Assembly (NCBI GenBank): GCA_038321985.1
Contig: JBBQFN010000002.1
Span: 160,001-224,000, forward strand
Direction of reading: 5' to 3'
From: Cyanophyceae cyanobacterium
GTDB lineage: Bacteria > Cyanobacteriota > Cyanobacteriia > Cyanobacteriales > Laspinemataceae
DNA length: 64,000 nt
This document shows positions 63,752 to 64,000 of the stretch, piece after piece. Both the position numbers and the translations under genes were made by a program. The number at the start of each line of letters is the position of its first letter. The stretch's first letter is position 1. The notes beneath the pieces were generated by a model. It had not been told where the DNA came from and ran no database searches. It saw only the letters and a program-made list of their open reading frames with translations.

Positions 63752-64000
63752 CTACGCTTGGGTTTTCCATTCTGAATCCGAACGTTCAGCTAGTCCAGGT
63801 TGAGCCACCCCCTCGGCGATCGCTCCCTTGCCTAGGGTCCTCCCTTCGGGCCGATCGGGATGGGACTGGCTAGAACGGTATCCGAAAAAATTAATTTGAT
63901 ATTCTACAATTCGGACTCCTGTTTGCTCCTCGACTTGTCGGATTAACTCTTGCGGCAATTCGATCTGAACGTCAAGCAGTTGATTGGTATCGATGCAGTT
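63752..64000 (-). CDS. Fur-family regulator (FurC/PerR-like), C-terminal part; 5' end outside window
   Basis: Frame open to the window edge: NCIDTNQLLDVQIELPQELIRQVEEQTGVRIVEYQINFFGYR. Confidence 0.8.
   Translation of the reverse strand, partial: NCIDTNQLLDVQIELPQELIRQVEEQTGVRIVEYQINFFGYRSSQSHPDRPEGRTLGKGAIAEGVAQPGLAERSDSEWKTQA

Overview
Chromosomal window from a filamentous cyanobacterium. The HIP1 octamer GCGATCGC is very dense, and the gene content and GTAG-type dispersed repeats suggest Oscillatoriales (inference). It is mostly core and signalling genes: psbY (missed by the ORF track), map, ilvC, lysA-cdaA-uppS, rimI, gcvT, serA, prmA, a thioredoxin, dacB, hspA, an HtrA protease, por, ycf55 and a partial Fur/PerR. 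It also holds three PAS histidine kinases, a CheY-like regulator and a CHASE2 cyclase followed by DUF928. I found no rRNA, tRNA, CRISPR array, transposase or integrase. Best leads: (1) four TGAGC boxes at exact 12-bp spacing just upstream of the promoter of a VIT-vWA gene, with a sensor-less HTH-NB-ARC (STAND) protein 30 kb away as a candidate regulator; (2) a lone UbiA protein resembling UbiA-type terpene cyclases, where two deviations in the first catalytic motif coincide with HIP1 sites; (3) a perfect 54-bp intergenic palindrome; (4) a Cys-rich domain fused to a histidine kinase; (5) a CRP-like class II promoter between the CHASE2 cyclase and DUF928. All family calls come from motif recognition, not database searches.
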